A stretch of 64,000 bases of DNA from Dehalococcoidia bacterium (GTDB lineage Bacteria; Chloroflexota; Dehalococcoidia; Bin125): assembly GCA_963663235.2 (NCBI GenBank), contig CAXXNO010000005.1:1-64000 (forward strand). The letters run 5' to 3'. Shown piece after piece: positions 10,811 through 21,102 of the stretch. Below the pieces are notes generated by a model that was given only the letters and a program-made list of their open reading frames with translations, was not told where the DNA came from and did no database searches. Position 1 is the stretch's first letter. Every line of letters begins with the position of its first letter. A program made the position numbers and the translations under genes.

Positions 10811-13800
10811 GTGAAGCGGCTCCTCGTAGGGCTATGCGTCCTGGTCGCGCTCGTGGCGGCCGCGGAAGGTGGACGGGCGTCCGACCTCCGCGCGGACGAT
10901 CACGATGAAGCACCCTTCGTCCCAGACGAGCTCATCATCAGCTTCAATCCGGGGGTCACGGAGGAGGAGATCGAGGAGTTCTACGAGGACTACGAACTCG
11001 ACGAAGAGGACGACTTAGACGGCGACGACGACGATGACGATCCCGAGGAGGTGCTGGTCGAGCGCCGCCAGGGGCTCGCGGATTCATTCACGGATACTTT
11101 GATCGCCCGCCTGGAGCAAGACCCGCGGGTGGACTACGTCGAGCGGAACTACATCCTTACAGTCGATGCTACCCCAAGCGACCCCGATTTCAGTCAGTTG
11201 TGGGGCTTGCACAACACCGGCCAGACGGGCGGCACGGCGGACGCGGACATCGACGCGCCGGAGGCCTGGGACGTCACGACCGGCTCGTCCGCCGTGATCG
11301 TCGGCGTCATCGACACCGGCGTGGATTACACCCACGAAGATCTGGCCGCCAACAGCTGGACCAACCCGGGAGAGATCGCCGGCAACGGGCTCGACGATGA
11401 TGGGAACGGGTACGTCGATGACGTGCACGGAATCAACGCCATCACCGACACCGGCGATCCCATGGACGACGAGGGGCACGGCACGCACGTTGCCGGCACC
11501 ATCGGGGCCCGCGGGAACAACGGCATCGGCGTGGTGGGCGTCAACTGGACCGTCCAGATCGCCGCGTGCAAGTTCCTCGATTCGTCCGGCAGCGGCACCA
11601 CCGCCGACGCGGTCAAATGCTTCAAGTATTTCAACAGCCTTCGGAACCTCCACGGTCAGAACGTCCTCCTCACCAGTAACAGCTGGGGCGGCGGAGGCTT
11701 CTCGCAAGCGCTACGTGACGCGATGGCCGGTTTGGACCAGCCGGGAATGCCGCCGATCCTCCATGCCGCCGCCGCGGGAAACTCCAACAGCAACACCGAT
11801 CTGAGTCCGCATTACCCGTCGAGCTACACGCTGGACAACCTCATCGCTGTGGCCGCCACCGACGACACCGACGCCTATGCGAGTTTTTCGAGTCACGGTG
11901 TCATCTCAGTGGACCTGGCGGCGCCAGGTGTCAGCATCCGGAGCACCACCATCCCCGGGAACAGCTACGTATCCCTGAGCGGTACCTCCATGGCCACCCC
12001 ACACGTGGCGGGCGCCGCCGCCCTGATCTGGAGCACCGAACTCAGCCTCACGGCCGCACAAGTGAAAGGGCGGATCCTTTCCACGGTTGATCCCTTGAGC
12101 GACCTCTCGAAGAGCACCGTGACGAACGGCCGGTTGAATCTGTTCAACGCCGTAACGAGCGCTACGCCGCCACCGCCACCGCCACTGTCGGACGTCTTCG
12201 CCGACGACGTGGAAGGTGGAGTCGGGACCTGGACCGCGACCGGACTCTGGCATCAGTCCACACGCCGCGCGGACAGTCCCGTCACCTCCTGGTACTACGG
12301 CGACGAAGCCACGGGGACCTACGACACCGGCGACCGCAACAGCGGTGCCCTCACATCGTCGGGCATCAGCCTCGCGGGATCCACGGACGCGGAACTCGCC
12401 TTCTCCGAATGGAGTGCAGTCGAGTCGGGGACCAGTTGGGACCGCACGCGGGTGCAGGCATCGTCGGACGGGGTGACGTGGACGACGGTGTTCGAGTCAC
12501 ACGGCACGGGCACAACTTGGGTCCAACGGACCGTGGATCTCAGCGCCTTCGCCGGCGGGGACGTCTACCTGCGCTTCTGGTTTGACACGATCGACGGCCT
12601 CATCAACACTTTCGAGGGCTGGTACGTGGACGACGCGTCGGTCCGTGCCGCGGGGTCGGCCCCGGCTCCCACGGTCAGCAGCGTCAGCCCGTCGGACGGC
12701 CCCGCCGTAGGCGGCACGCCGGTCACCATCACGGGCGCGGATTTCGCGGCCGGAGCGACGGTGACCTTCGGTGGGGCGGCCGCCACCAACGTCAGTGTGG
12801 ACGCCCCCGGCACCATCACCGCCGATACTCCGGCGCACGCGGCCGGGTCCATCAATGTCGTCGTCACCAACCCCGACCTCCAGAGCGGCGCCTTGCCCAA
12901 CGGCTACGGCTATCTAACGCCTGGCCCGGCTCCCACGGTCAGCAGCGTCAGCCCGCCGGACGGCTCCACTGCGGGCGGCGCGCCGGTCACGATCACGGGC
13001 GCGGACTTCGTGGCCGGGGCCACGGTGACCTTCGGCGGGGCGGCCGCCACCACCGTCAGCGTGGACGACTCCAACACCCTTACCGTCGAAACGCCCGCCC
13101 ACGCGGCCGGGCCCGTCGACGTCGTCGTCACGAACCCTGACCTCCAGAGCGACACCCTGTCCAGCGGCTACGCTTACCTGGAGTCCGCCCCGGCTCCCAC
13201 GGTCAGCAGCGTCAGCCCGCCGGACGGCTCCACTGCGGGCGGCGCGCCGGTCACGATCACGGGCGCGGACTTCGTGGCCGGGGCCACGGTGACCTTCGGC
13301 GGGGCGGCCGCCACCACCGTCAGCGTGGACGGCTCCGGCACCATCACCGCCGACACGCCCGCCCACGCGGCCGGGCCCGTCGCCGTCGTCGTCACGAACC
13401 CTGACCTCCAGAGCGACACCCTGCCCGACGGCTACGCCTACGTCGCGCCCGCCCCGGCTCCCACGGTCAGCAGCGTCGGCCCGCCGAACGGCCCCACCGC
13501 GGGCGGCACGCCGGTCACGATCACGGGCGCGGATTTCGTGGCCGGGGCTACAGTGACCTTCGGCGGGGCGGCTGCCGCCACCGTCAGCGTGGACGACTCC
13601 GGCACCATCAGCGCCGACACGCCCGCCCACGCTGCCGGGCCCGTCGACGTCGTCGTCACCAACCCCGACCTCCAGAGTGGCACCCTGCCCGACGGCTATA
13701 CCTACCTGGCGCCCGCCTCCGCCTCCACGATCCTCTACTTCTCCCTGGGGAGTAGCGGCGCGGTCGACGGTTTGAGTGTCGCCAACGAGGACATCGTCGC

Positions 13801-16177
13801 CTTCGATGGGACCGACTTCACGCTCCACTTCGACGGCAGTGACGTGGGCCTGAGCGGCTTCAGGCTAGACGCCTTCGACGTCATCGGCCCCACCGAGATT
13901 CTGATGTCATTCACGAGCGCTGGATCGGTGCCGGGGATAAGCGGGACCGTCGATGACTCCGACCTGGTGCGGTTCACGGCGACGGGACTCGGCGCGGAGA
14001 CGAGCGGATCGTTCGAGTTGTACTTCGACGGCAGCGACGTGGGCTTGACGAGCAGCGGCGAGGACGTGGATGCCAGCAGACTCCTCGAGGACGGTCGGCT
14101 GCTGCTCTCGACGCGTGGATCGTTCGGCGTCTCCGGCGTCTCCGGCAGGGACGAGGATCTCCTGGCCTTTACCCCGAGCTCATTGGGGGCGAACACGGCC
14201 GGGTCCTGGAGCCTGTATTTCGACGGCAGTGACGTAGGCCTGAGCAGCAGCAGCGAGGACATCAACGCCCTTGGCCTGGATGGGGACGGCACGATCTACC
14301 TCTCCACCACGGGTGACCTGTCGGTGTCCGGCCTCTCCAGCGCCGATGAAGACGTCGTGGTGTTTACGCCCGCGTCGCTGGGCTCCAGCACGAGCGGCAG
14401 CTTTTCCTCGGCCGTGTTCTTCGATGGCAGCGCTTACGGGCTGAGCAGCAACGACCTGTACGCCATCGACATCCCGACCGGGCCCGCCAACGGCGTCCCG
14501 GTCGCGGACGACCAAGGCGTGGCAACGCTCGAAGATGCCGCTGTGCCTGTCACCCTCACTGGGAGCGATCCAGACGGCGATCCGTTTACTTATCAGGTGG
14601 CGACCGATCCTGCTCACGGGAGCCTCAGCGGCGCCGCGCCGGATCTGACCTACGTCCCGAGCGCAGACTTCAACGGGGCGGATAGCTTCACCTTCACGGT
14701 GAACGACGGAACCGCCGATAGCGATCCGGCCACGGTGACAATCGCGATCGCCGCGGTGAACGATGCCCCTGTGGCCGACGACCAGGCCGTGACGGCGAAG
14801 GAGAGTACGGACCTCGAGAACACCCTCACGGCGACCGATATGGATGGCGACGCCTTGACCTTCAATGTGCTCTCCGACCCCGCGCATGGGGCGCTGAGCG
14901 GCGCCGCGCCGGACCTGACCTACACGCCGGATGTCGGCTACACGGGAGGCGATAGCTTCACCTTCGACGCGAGCGACGGGGACGCGGGCAGCAACGTCGC
15001 CACGGTTTCCATCACGGTGGCTCCCAACAGCGCCCCCGTGGCCGACGCCGGTCCCGATCAGACGGTGAGCGACAGCGACGGCACCGGGAGCGAGTCCGTC
15101 ATCCTCGACGGCAGCGGCTCCTTCGACCCGGACGGCACCATCGTCTCCTACGTGTGGAAGGAGGGTGGGACCCTCGTCGGCACAGGGATGAACCCCACGG
15201 CCACGTTTGGCGTCGGAATCCACACCGTGACGCTGACCGTGACGGACAATGGGGGCGCGACGGGTCTGGCCGCGACTGTTGTCATCTCCGTGGCCCCGCC
15301 CAACCAGGCGCCGGTCGCCAACGCGGGGCCGGATCAGGCAGGCGACGAGGGGAGCTCGATCGCCTTTGACGGTTCCGGCTCGTCCGACCCCGACGGTGCG
15401 ATCGTCGCGTATGCCTGGGACTTCGGGGACGGAGGGAGCGCGACCGGCGTCGCGGCCGCGCATGACTACGCTGATAACGGGAGTTACACCGTGACCCTGG
15501 CGGTCACGGACAACCAAGGGGCTACCGCGACAAACACTGCGACCGTCACGATCGCCAACGTGGCGCCGATCGCCGACGCCGGCGGACCCTACTCCGGGAA
15601 CGTCGGGGCGCCCATCACGTTCAGCGGCGCTGCGACCGACCCGGGCATCCTCGATACGCACGCGTTCAGCTGGGACTTCGGGGACGGGAGCGTGGCCAGC
15701 AATGGTCAGACGGTGACGCACACGTACACGGCGGCGGGGGGCTACACCGTGACGCTGACCGTGACGGACAACGGGGGCGCCACAGATATACACGCCGCGA
15801 CCGTGTCGGTCAGCGCGGTTCCTGTGGGTGACGGGATCAAGCTATCCAAGAACGCCGATTTCTCCACGGAGGATCTGGAGTTCGCCTTCGGCGAGACGGT
15901 CTACATCCTCGTCTGGAGTGATCAGCTGGACTTCAACGAGATCAAGGAAGCCCGGTGGCAGCTGGAAGGAGCGGAGCAGCCGCTCATCAATAACCTCAAC
16001 GGGACCTATGCTGCCGAGGTGGTGATCGATGATAGCGTCAAGCAGCTCAGCCCCGGCGAGATCGCCGAGAGCACACTGACGATCCAGATAGAGGACGAAT
16101 TTGGGAATCAGTTGGAGATCGAGATGGACGTCACCTTGATTGGACCTCCCGACACGGGAGCTCCCGGAGGCGACTGA
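10811..16177 (+). CDS. Secreted S8 (subtilisin-like) serine peptidase with IPT/TIG x4, FDGSDVGL repeats, cadherin-like Ig and PKD domains
   Basis: Signal peptide; catalytic motifs VIDTGVD, HGTHVAG, GTSMATPHVAG; four PTVSSVSP..G...GG..VTITG repeats; PKD-type motifs YAWDFGDG and FSWDFGDG. Confidence 0.95.
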   Translation: MKRLLVGLCVLVALVAAAEGGRASDLRADDHDEAPFVPDELIISFNPGVTEEEIEEFYEDYELDEEDDLDGDDDDDDPEEVLVERRQGLADSFTDTLIARLEQDPRVDYVERNYILTVDATPSDPDFSQLWGLHNTGQTGGTADADIDAPEAWDVTTGSSAVIVGVIDTGVDYTHEDLAANSWTNPGEIAGNGLDDDGNGYVDDVHGINAITDTGDPMDDEGHGTHVAGTIGARGNNGIGVVGVNWTVQIAACKFLDSSGSGTTADAVKCFKYFNSLRNLHGQNVLLTSNSWGGGGFSQALRDAMAGLDQPGMPPILHAAAAGNSNSNTDLSPHYPSSYTLDNLIAVAATDDTDAYASFSSHGVISVDLAAPGVSIRSTTIPGNSYVSLSGTSMATPHVAGAAALIWSTELSLTAAQVKGRILSTVDPLSDLSKSTVTNGRLNLFNAVTSATPPPPPPLSDVFADDVEGGVGTWTATGLWHQSTRRADSPVTSWYYGDEATGTYDTGDRNSGALTSSGISLAGSTDAELAFSEWSAVESGTSWDRTRVQASSDGVTWTTVFESHGTGTTWVQRTVDLSAFAGGDVYLRFWFDTIDGLINTFEGWYVDDASVRAAGSAPAPTVSSVSPSDGPAVGGTPVTITGADFAAGATVTFGGAAATNVSVDAPGTITADTPAHAAGSINVVVTNPDLQSGALPNGYGYLTPGPAPTVSSVSPPDGSTAGGAPVTITGADFVAGATVTFGGAAATTVSVDDSNTLTVETPAHAAGPVDVVVTNPDLQSDTLSSGYAYLESAPAPTVSSVSPPDGSTAGGAPVTITGADFVAGATVTFGGAAATTVSVDGSGTITADTPAHAAGPVAVVVTNPDLQSDTLPDGYAYVAPAPAPTVSSVGPPNGPTAGGTPVTITGADFVAGATVTFGGAAAATVSVDDSGTISADTPAHAAGPVDVVVTNPDLQSGTLPDGYTYLAPASASTILYFSLGSSGAVDGLSVANEDIVAFDGTDFTLHFDGSDVGLSGFRLDAFDVIGPTEILMSFTSAGSVPGISGTVDDSDLVRFTATGLGAETSGSFELYFDGSDVGLTSSGEDVDASRLLEDGRLLLSTRGSFGVSGVSGRDEDLLAFTPSSLGANTAGSWSLYFDGSDVGLSSSSEDINALGLDGDGTIYLSTTGDLSVSGLSSADEDVVVFTPASLGSSTSGSFSSAVFFDGSAYGLSSNDLYAIDIPTGPANGVPVADDQGVATLEDAAVPVTLTGSDPDGDPFTYQVATDPAHGSLSGAAPDLTYVPSADFNGADSFTFTVNDGTADSDPATVTIAIAAVNDAPVADDQAVTAKESTDLENTLTATDMDGDALTFNVLSDPAHGALSGAAPDLTYTPDVGYTGGDSFTFDASDGDAGSNVATVSITVAPNSAPVADAGPDQTVSDSDGTGSESVILDGSGSFDPDGTIVSYVWKEGGTLVGTGMNPTATFGVGIHTVTLTVTDNGGATGLAATVVISVAPPNQAPVANAGPDQAGDEGSSIAFDGSGSSDPDGAIVAYAWDFGDGGSATGVAAAHDYADNGSYTVTLAVTDNQGATATNTATVTIANVAPIADAGGPYSGNVGAPITFSGAATDPGILDTHAFSWDFGDGSVASNGQTVTHTYTAAGGYTVTLTVTDNGGATDIHAATVSVSAVPVGDGIKLSKNADFSTEDLEFAFGETVYILVWSDQLDFNEIKEARWQLEGAEQPLINNLNGTYAAEVVIDDSVKQLSPGEIAESTLTIQIEDEFGNQLEIEMDVTLIGPPDTGAPGGD
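12661..13712 (+). repeat. Four 264-nt intragenic IPT/TIG repeats
   Basis: cccggctcccacggtcagcagcgtc recurs at 12661, 12925, 13189 and 13453. Confidence 0.9.
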
Positions 16178-16308
16178 CGCCCGCATCGCGCTGGATTGGC
16201 CCAGCATCCGGCGGCCGCTGCTGCGGTCGCGGGGCCAGTGCCGGGACGTCCACTACCAGAGCAAGAGGCCAGAGTCGCCTTGGATCCGAACGGCGGGGTG
16301 GAGCGCGG

Positions 16309-16447
16309 AGCGCTCACGGGCTGAGTAGCAACGACCTGTTCGCCATCGACATCCCGACCGGCCCCGCCAACGGCGTTCCGGTCGCGGACGACCAGGGCGT
16401 GACAACGCTCGAAGATGCCGCTGTGCCTGTCACGCTGACGGGGAGCG
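16309..16447 (+). repeat. Diverged non-coding copy of an internal S8-gene segment (14429-14567)
   Basis: 139-nt direct repeat with 10 mismatches counted by eye, 7 of them synonymous in the protease frame. Confidence 0.9.
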
Positions 16448-16665
16448 CAGTCACACGAGTGAGCAGGTTGCGTACTTCGTCTTCGATGCCGTTCCGTAGG
16501 CATAGCCTGTCCTGGCCCGCGAGTTGCGATCAGACAGCGGTGGTATGAGCGTGGCGCACGGATCTTCCATCCGCCTGAATCCAACTCGCTGATCGCGAGT
16601 CCTCGTGACGATCGGAACCCCAGTCCGTCGGGGATTGCTGGTCGTCCGTGAGACGCCGCAGGCCG

Positions 16666-17532
16666 CTACGAGAGCCGTCGCGCGAAATCCGCATAGCGAT
16701 CCAACATCGGAAGAACGATGTCGGCGGAGGCCGGGGGGAGACCGAACACCAGTCGGTCGAATCCCAGCTCGATCAGCTCTCGCGCCTCCCTCTTGCCTTG
16801 TTCCGGATCGTCCAGTGGGCGGAATTGGTACGCCGTTAAGTTGATCGTGTCCATGGTCCGGCCCGCTCGTGCCGCGGTCGCTTCGAGATCGGCAAGGGCG
16901 GCCGGCAAGTCATAGCGGCCGGTCAGGGGCATCCAGCCATCGCAGTAGTCCACGATGCGGGCGTAGGCCCACTGCGTCGCGTTCGCACCAAGGAGGATCG
17001 GCGGGCCACCCGGCTGCACCGGCTTCGGATACGACCGGATCGGGGCGAAGTCGACGAACCGTCCGTGAAACTCTGGCTCTTCCTGGGTCCAGATCGCCCG
17101 CATGGCGAGGACGCGCTCGCGGGTGACCTCCCAGCGATCGCTGAGGGCCACCCCATGATTCGCCAATTCTTCCGCGTTCCACCCCGCGCCGATGCCCAAG
17201 ATCACCCGTCCGCTGGAGATTAGGTCCAGCGACGCCACCTCTTTCGCGGTGATGATCGGGTCGCGCTGGGCCACGAGACACACCCCGAACGCTAGCTTGA
17301 TCGTGGTCGTAGCTGCCGCAGCCGCCGCCAGCGCCACGAACGGGTCGTGCATGTGCCAGTACTCCGGTGGCATTTCGCCGCCCTGAGGAAACGGCGTCTC
17401 CCGGCTCGCGGGAATGTGCGTGTGCTCAGGGAAGAACAGGGACTCGAACCCGCGCTCCTCCGCGGCCCGCGCCATCTCTGCCGGCTGAATCGCGCCGTCA
17501 GTTGGAAATATCGCGACGCCGAAGTCGATCAT
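16666..17532 (-). CDS. LLM class F420-dependent oxidoreductase (Rv2161c-like)
   Basis: AEERGFESLFFPEHTHIP, DPFVALAAAAAAT, RDPIITAKEVASLD, GAGWNAEE, PKPVQ. Confidence 0.92.
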   Translation of the reverse strand: MIDFGVAIFPTDGAIQPAEMARAAEERGFESLFFPEHTHIPASRETPFPQGGEMPPEYWHMHDPFVALAAAAAATTTIKLAFGVCLVAQRDPIITAKEVASLDLISSGRVILGIGAGWNAEELANHGVALSDRWEVTRERVLAMRAIWTQEEPEFHGRFVDFAPIRSYPKPVQPGGPPILLGANATQWAYARIVDYCDGWMPLTGRYDLPAALADLEATAARAGRTMDTINLTAYQFRPLDDPEQGKREARELIELGFDRLVFGLPPASADIVLPMLDRYADFARRLS

Positions 17533-17616
17533 CCTCAATCCTTCCGGAAACTATCCAGCTGCCGTCTGCGGGTGGCTACCGCACAGCGGGCAGATGATAC
17601 CCATCATCATCGGTGC

Positions 17617-17721
17617 CGTGGGGGTGCGAAAACACATCCATTCTGATCGGCGGCCATGGACCGTGTCGGAATCCGCGTTCAGGGCGTCCAAGTGCCGCGG
17701 ATGGAGTTTTGTGGCTCCACA
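17617..17721 (+). mobile_element. ~105-bp MITE-like element, copy B
   Basis: CGTGGGGGTGCGAAAACACATCC...CGGATGGAGTTTTGTGGCTCCACA; interior similar to copy D; an extra right-end fragment follows at ~17725-17750. Confidence 0.8.
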
Positions 17722-17832
17722 GCCAGGCGGACGGAATATTGGGCTACTGTACCCACCGCGTTTCGCAGTCCGCATCTGGTACCATCGGAACCGCTCCGGA
17801 TCTGGCACCGGAGCTGCGCCGGGAGAACCGCC

Positions 17833-19101
17833 ATGATCGACTCCGGAGATACCGCCTGGCTCTTGGTGTCCACAGCGTTAGTCCTGCTCATGACACCGGG
17901 CGTCGCCTTCTTCTACGGCGGACTCGTCCGCGGCAAGAATGTTGCGGCCACCATCATGCACAGCTTCATCACCGTCGCCGTCGTCGGCGTGGTGTGGGTG
18001 CTCTGGGGGTACACGCTCGCCTTCGGCCATGACGCCGGCGGTCTCGGCTTCATCGGCGACGGCGGCTTTTTCGGCCTCCGACACGTCACGGGCGACCCGG
18101 ACCCCCTCGGGTATGCAGACACGATCCCGCATCTGCTCTTCATGGCGTTCCAGATGATGTTCGCGGTGATCACCCCAGCACTGATCACCGGCGCCTTCGC
18201 CGAACGCATCAAGTTCAGCAGCTGGCTCGTCATGATCGTCGCTTGGGTCACATTTGTTTACGCCCCCATCGCCCACTGGGTCTGGGGCGACAACGGCTGG
18301 ATCGGCAACGAGCTCGGCGCGCTCGACTTTGCCGGCGGCACCGTGGTCCACATCAGCGCCGGCGCGGCCGCTATCGCCGCTGCGCTCATCATCGGCAAAC
18401 GTCGCAGCATCCACCTACCCCATAACGTGCCGATGATCGTCCTCGGCGCTGCGCTCCTCTGGTTTGGCTGGTTCGGCTTCAACGCCGGCTCCGCCCTGAC
18501 CTCCGGGGGCGATGCCGCCAACGCTTTTGTCACGACCAACACCGCCGCCGCCGCGGGCGCCATCGTCTGGTTGGCCGTCTCTTGGTTCCATACCGGCAAA
18601 GCCTCTGTGGTCGGCGCGGCCACTGGAGCGATCGCGGGCCTCGCCGCCATCACCCCCGCCGCCGGCTTCGTCGGCGAGTGGCCCGCCTCGGACGGGTTCG
18701 CCAATGCCATGCCCGCCCTCATCATCGGCGCCGTGGCCAGCATCGTGGGCTTCTACGCCGTTCGACTCCTGAGTCGCGTGCGCGCCTTGGACGACGCTCT
18801 CGATGTCTTCGCGGTGCACGGCGTCGGCGGCCTCTGGGGTGTCTTCGCCACCGGCATCTTCGCCGTCACGACGATCGGTGGCGTCGACGGCCTCATCGCC
18901 GGCGAAGTCGACCAGCTCTGGCGGCAACTGGGCGCCATGGGCGCCACCTTTGGCTGGTCCTTCGTCGTCACCAGCATCATCCTCCTTGCCATTAAATTCA
19001 CCATGGGGCTGCGCGTGAGCGAAGAGGGCGAACGTGCCGGTCTCGATCGGAGCGAGCACGGCGAGCCCGCGTACCTATACGACGAGCCGGATGGGCTTTG
19101 A
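17833..19101 (+). CDS. amt: Ammonium transporter
   Basis: DSGDTAWLL, LMTPGVAFFYGGLVR, FQMMFAVITPALITGA, DFAGGTVVH, LLWFGWFGFNAGS, DDALDVFAVHG, GLDRSEHGEPAY. Confidence 0.97.
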   Translation: MIDSGDTAWLLVSTALVLLMTPGVAFFYGGLVRGKNVAATIMHSFITVAVVGVVWVLWGYTLAFGHDAGGLGFIGDGGFFGLRHVTGDPDPLGYADTIPHLLFMAFQMMFAVITPALITGAFAERIKFSSWLVMIVAWVTFVYAPIAHWVWGDNGWIGNELGALDFAGGTVVHISAGAAAIAAALIIGKRRSIHLPHNVPMIVLGAALLWFGWFGFNAGSALTSGGDAANAFVTTNTAAAAGAIVWLAVSWFHTGKASVVGAATGAIAGLAAITPAAGFVGEWPASDGFANAMPALIIGAVASIVGFYAVRLLSRVRALDDALDVFAVHGVGGLWGVFATGIFAVTTIGGVDGLIAGEVDQLWRQLGAMGATFGWSFVVTSIILLAIKFTMGLRVSEEGERAGLDRSEHGEPAYLYDEPDGL

Positions 19102-19188
19102 CGCCGAGTTCAAGTTCCACAGCGAAGGCCAGGCGCACGTCTCCCCGCTGCGGCGCGCACGCCCACCGGCTCGGGTGTATGGCCGTGC

Positions 19189-19293
19189 TGTGGGGCACGA
19201 ATAACACATCCGCTCTGATCTCAACGGCTCTGCTCACTAGACCGACCCGATGCGCGACCCACAAGTGGGCGGATCGAATAGTGGGCCACTACA
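19189..19293 (+). mobile_element. ~105-bp MITE-like element, copy C
   Basis: TGTGGGGCACGAATAACACATCCG...CGGATCGAATAGTGGGCCACTACA. Confidence 0.8.
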
Positions 19294-19329
19294 GCGTTCG
19301 CCCCGTATGCAGGGCGAACGTCGCGGAAG

Positions 19330-20046
19330 TCATCGCCCGCGCGAGCGCGTTGCGGACCGCGGCGTGGACGGGTCGTTGAACGGCACGACAAGAACGCAAG
19401 GAGGCGCCGCGGGATCCCGCAGCGCCTCCTCCGCCGCGCGCGCGATCAGCACGAACCCCAGCGCCAAGACGGCGGCGTTCAGTGGCACGCTGACGACACG
19501 ACTCCAGAGCACGTATTCAGAGGCCGAGAGCTGATCGAGGAGGACGATCCGCACGCTGCCCGTGGCGGCGTTCGCCAGGGCCCACACGAGCGTCAGAACG
19601 ACGAACACGCGGGCCCGTTCCGCGAGCACGTGCTGGAGGCGCGGCGAAAGCTCGCGGGCCATCAGGCCGAAGAGCGGCCGGCCGTAGAGCACGCTGCCGA
19701 GGGCGACGCCGACGGTCAGGAAGTCGCCGACGACATCGTTGGCGAGGAAGGCCTTGTCGCTGTCGAGGATGATCCCGACCGCGCCTCCGCCCGCCACGAC
19801 TACAACGGCCATCAGCGCCAGCAGGCCAATGGCGCCGCGATGGCGGTTCGTGGCGAAGACCAGCAGAGCCATGGCGACGGCCGCGGCCACGGCCACCTGC
19901 GTCTCCGCGACACGCCCCACGCTCCAATAGACCACAATGGGCAGGATCCCCAGGCCGATGCGCGGACTGAACAGCGGAAGCGCCTCCGCGGCGCTCGGAG
20001 CCTCGCCGACGAGCGCGTCGGGCGGCGTGGAGTGCTTGCAGCTCAT
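19330..20046 (-). CDS. Multi-pass membrane protein (DUF3159/VC0807-like)
   Basis: About six hydrophobic segments; motif ALGSVLYGRPLFG...RVFVVLTLVW. Family call is tentative. Confidence 0.65.
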   Translation of the reverse strand: MSCKHSTPPDALVGEAPSAAEALPLFSPRIGLGILPIVVYWSVGRVAETQVAVAAAVAMALLVFATNRHRGAIGLLALMAVVVVAGGGAVGIILDSDKAFLANDVVGDFLTVGVALGSVLYGRPLFGLMARELSPRLQHVLAERARVFVVLTLVWALANAATGSVRIVLLDQLSASEYVLWSRVVSVPLNAAVLALGFVLIARAAEEALRDPAAPPCVLVVPFNDPSTPRSATRSRGR

Positions 20047-20130
20047 TGCGCGGGCATCTTATCGCGGGCGACCCCGACCGGCCCCGGCGATGGCGCGGCG
20101 CAGGCGCGGCTCCAGACCTCGACGAGTGAG

Positions 20131-21084
20131 TCAATCAGCGTCGCCGCCGGAGCCAAGCCAGGTCTCGGCGTTGCGATGCAGGATGCCCTCGATCTCCGCG
20201 TCGCTGAACGTGATGCCGGCGGCGGCCACCTCCGGGGGCGGCGCGCGGAACGCCTGCACCCAGCGTCCCACAGCCCGGGCCGAGCCGTAGTAGGGGTAAT
20301 CGCTGGCGAAGCAGATCTTGTCGGGGCCGAGCAGGTTCAGATCGGCGCGGAGCCGTCTGTAGAAGCCCATGAGGTCGCTGCGGCGCAGGCTCTCGGTGCC
20401 GCAGACGTCCAGCCAGAGGTTCGGATGGAAGCGGGCCAAGGCCACCGCCTCGTCCCGCCAGACGCCGCCCATGTGGGCACAGATGACGCGCAACTCCGGG
20501 AAGTCGATGCAGACGTCGTTCAGATAGATCGGCTGCCCGTAGCGGCTTCGGATCGGTGGTGGGTCGATGCCCGCGTGGATGAGCACCGGGATGCCCAACT
20601 CCACACAGCGCTCGTAGATCGGGTATACCTCGCGTTGATTGGGATAGAAGCCGGCGAGGGGATGCAGCTTTAGCCCCCTGACGCCGTAGTCGGCGACCAT
20701 GCGATCCAGGAGGCGCAGCGCCCGGTCGCCGCGGAGCGGATCGACGCCGGCGAACGGGATCAGGCGCTCCGGGTAGCGGGCGCAGAGTTCCGCCGTCTCT
20801 TCATTCTGCCGCTCGATTGATACCTCCGGCTCCGGCGTGGCCGAGCCGAAATCCAGCGGCAGGAGGACCATACGGTCGATCCCGGCGACATCCAGACTCT
20901 CGACGAGAGCCTCGCCGCACATCGCCTCCACGCGGCGGGCATACTCGCCGACCGCTTCCTCCAGCGCGACCGCTCGACCCTCGCGCCGGTAGGCCTGCTG
21001 GACCAGATAGCCCAGCGAGCGCCACCACTCTTCGTGGAGGTAGCCGCGGCGCGTGTGATGCGCATGCGCGTCGATGACGGTCAT
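20131..21084 (-). CDS. Amidohydrolase family 2 protein
   Basis: IDAHAH, RGLKLHP, PVLIHAG, VICAHMGG, FASDYPY. Confidence 0.92.
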   Translation of the reverse strand: MTVIDAHAHHTRRGYLHEEWWRSLGYLVQQAYRREGRAVALEEAVGEYARRVEAMCGEALVESLDVAGIDRMVLLPLDFGSATPEPEVSIERQNEETAELCARYPERLIPFAGVDPLRGDRALRLLDRMVADYGVRGLKLHPLAGFYPNQREVYPIYERCVELGIPVLIHAGIDPPPIRSRYGQPIYLNDVCIDFPELRVICAHMGGVWRDEAVALARFHPNLWLDVCGTESLRRSDLMGFYRRLRADLNLLGPDKICFASDYPYYGSARAVGRWVQAFRAPPPEVAAAGITFSDAEIEGILHRNAETWLGSGGDAD

Positions 21085-21102
21085 GGTCGGGCGCGCCGCC
21101 GG

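Noticed and set aside
14180-15793. Long antisense or alternate-frame ORFs (also 12914..13828, 37992..39215, 50387..51868 and others)
   Set aside because: Shadow ORFs of high-GC genes with Arg/Gly/Pro-biased composition and no motifs.
16309-16447. DGR template/variable repeat pair with 14429-14567
   Set aside because: Mismatches are not adenine-specific and are mostly synonymous; there is no reverse transcriptase in the window.
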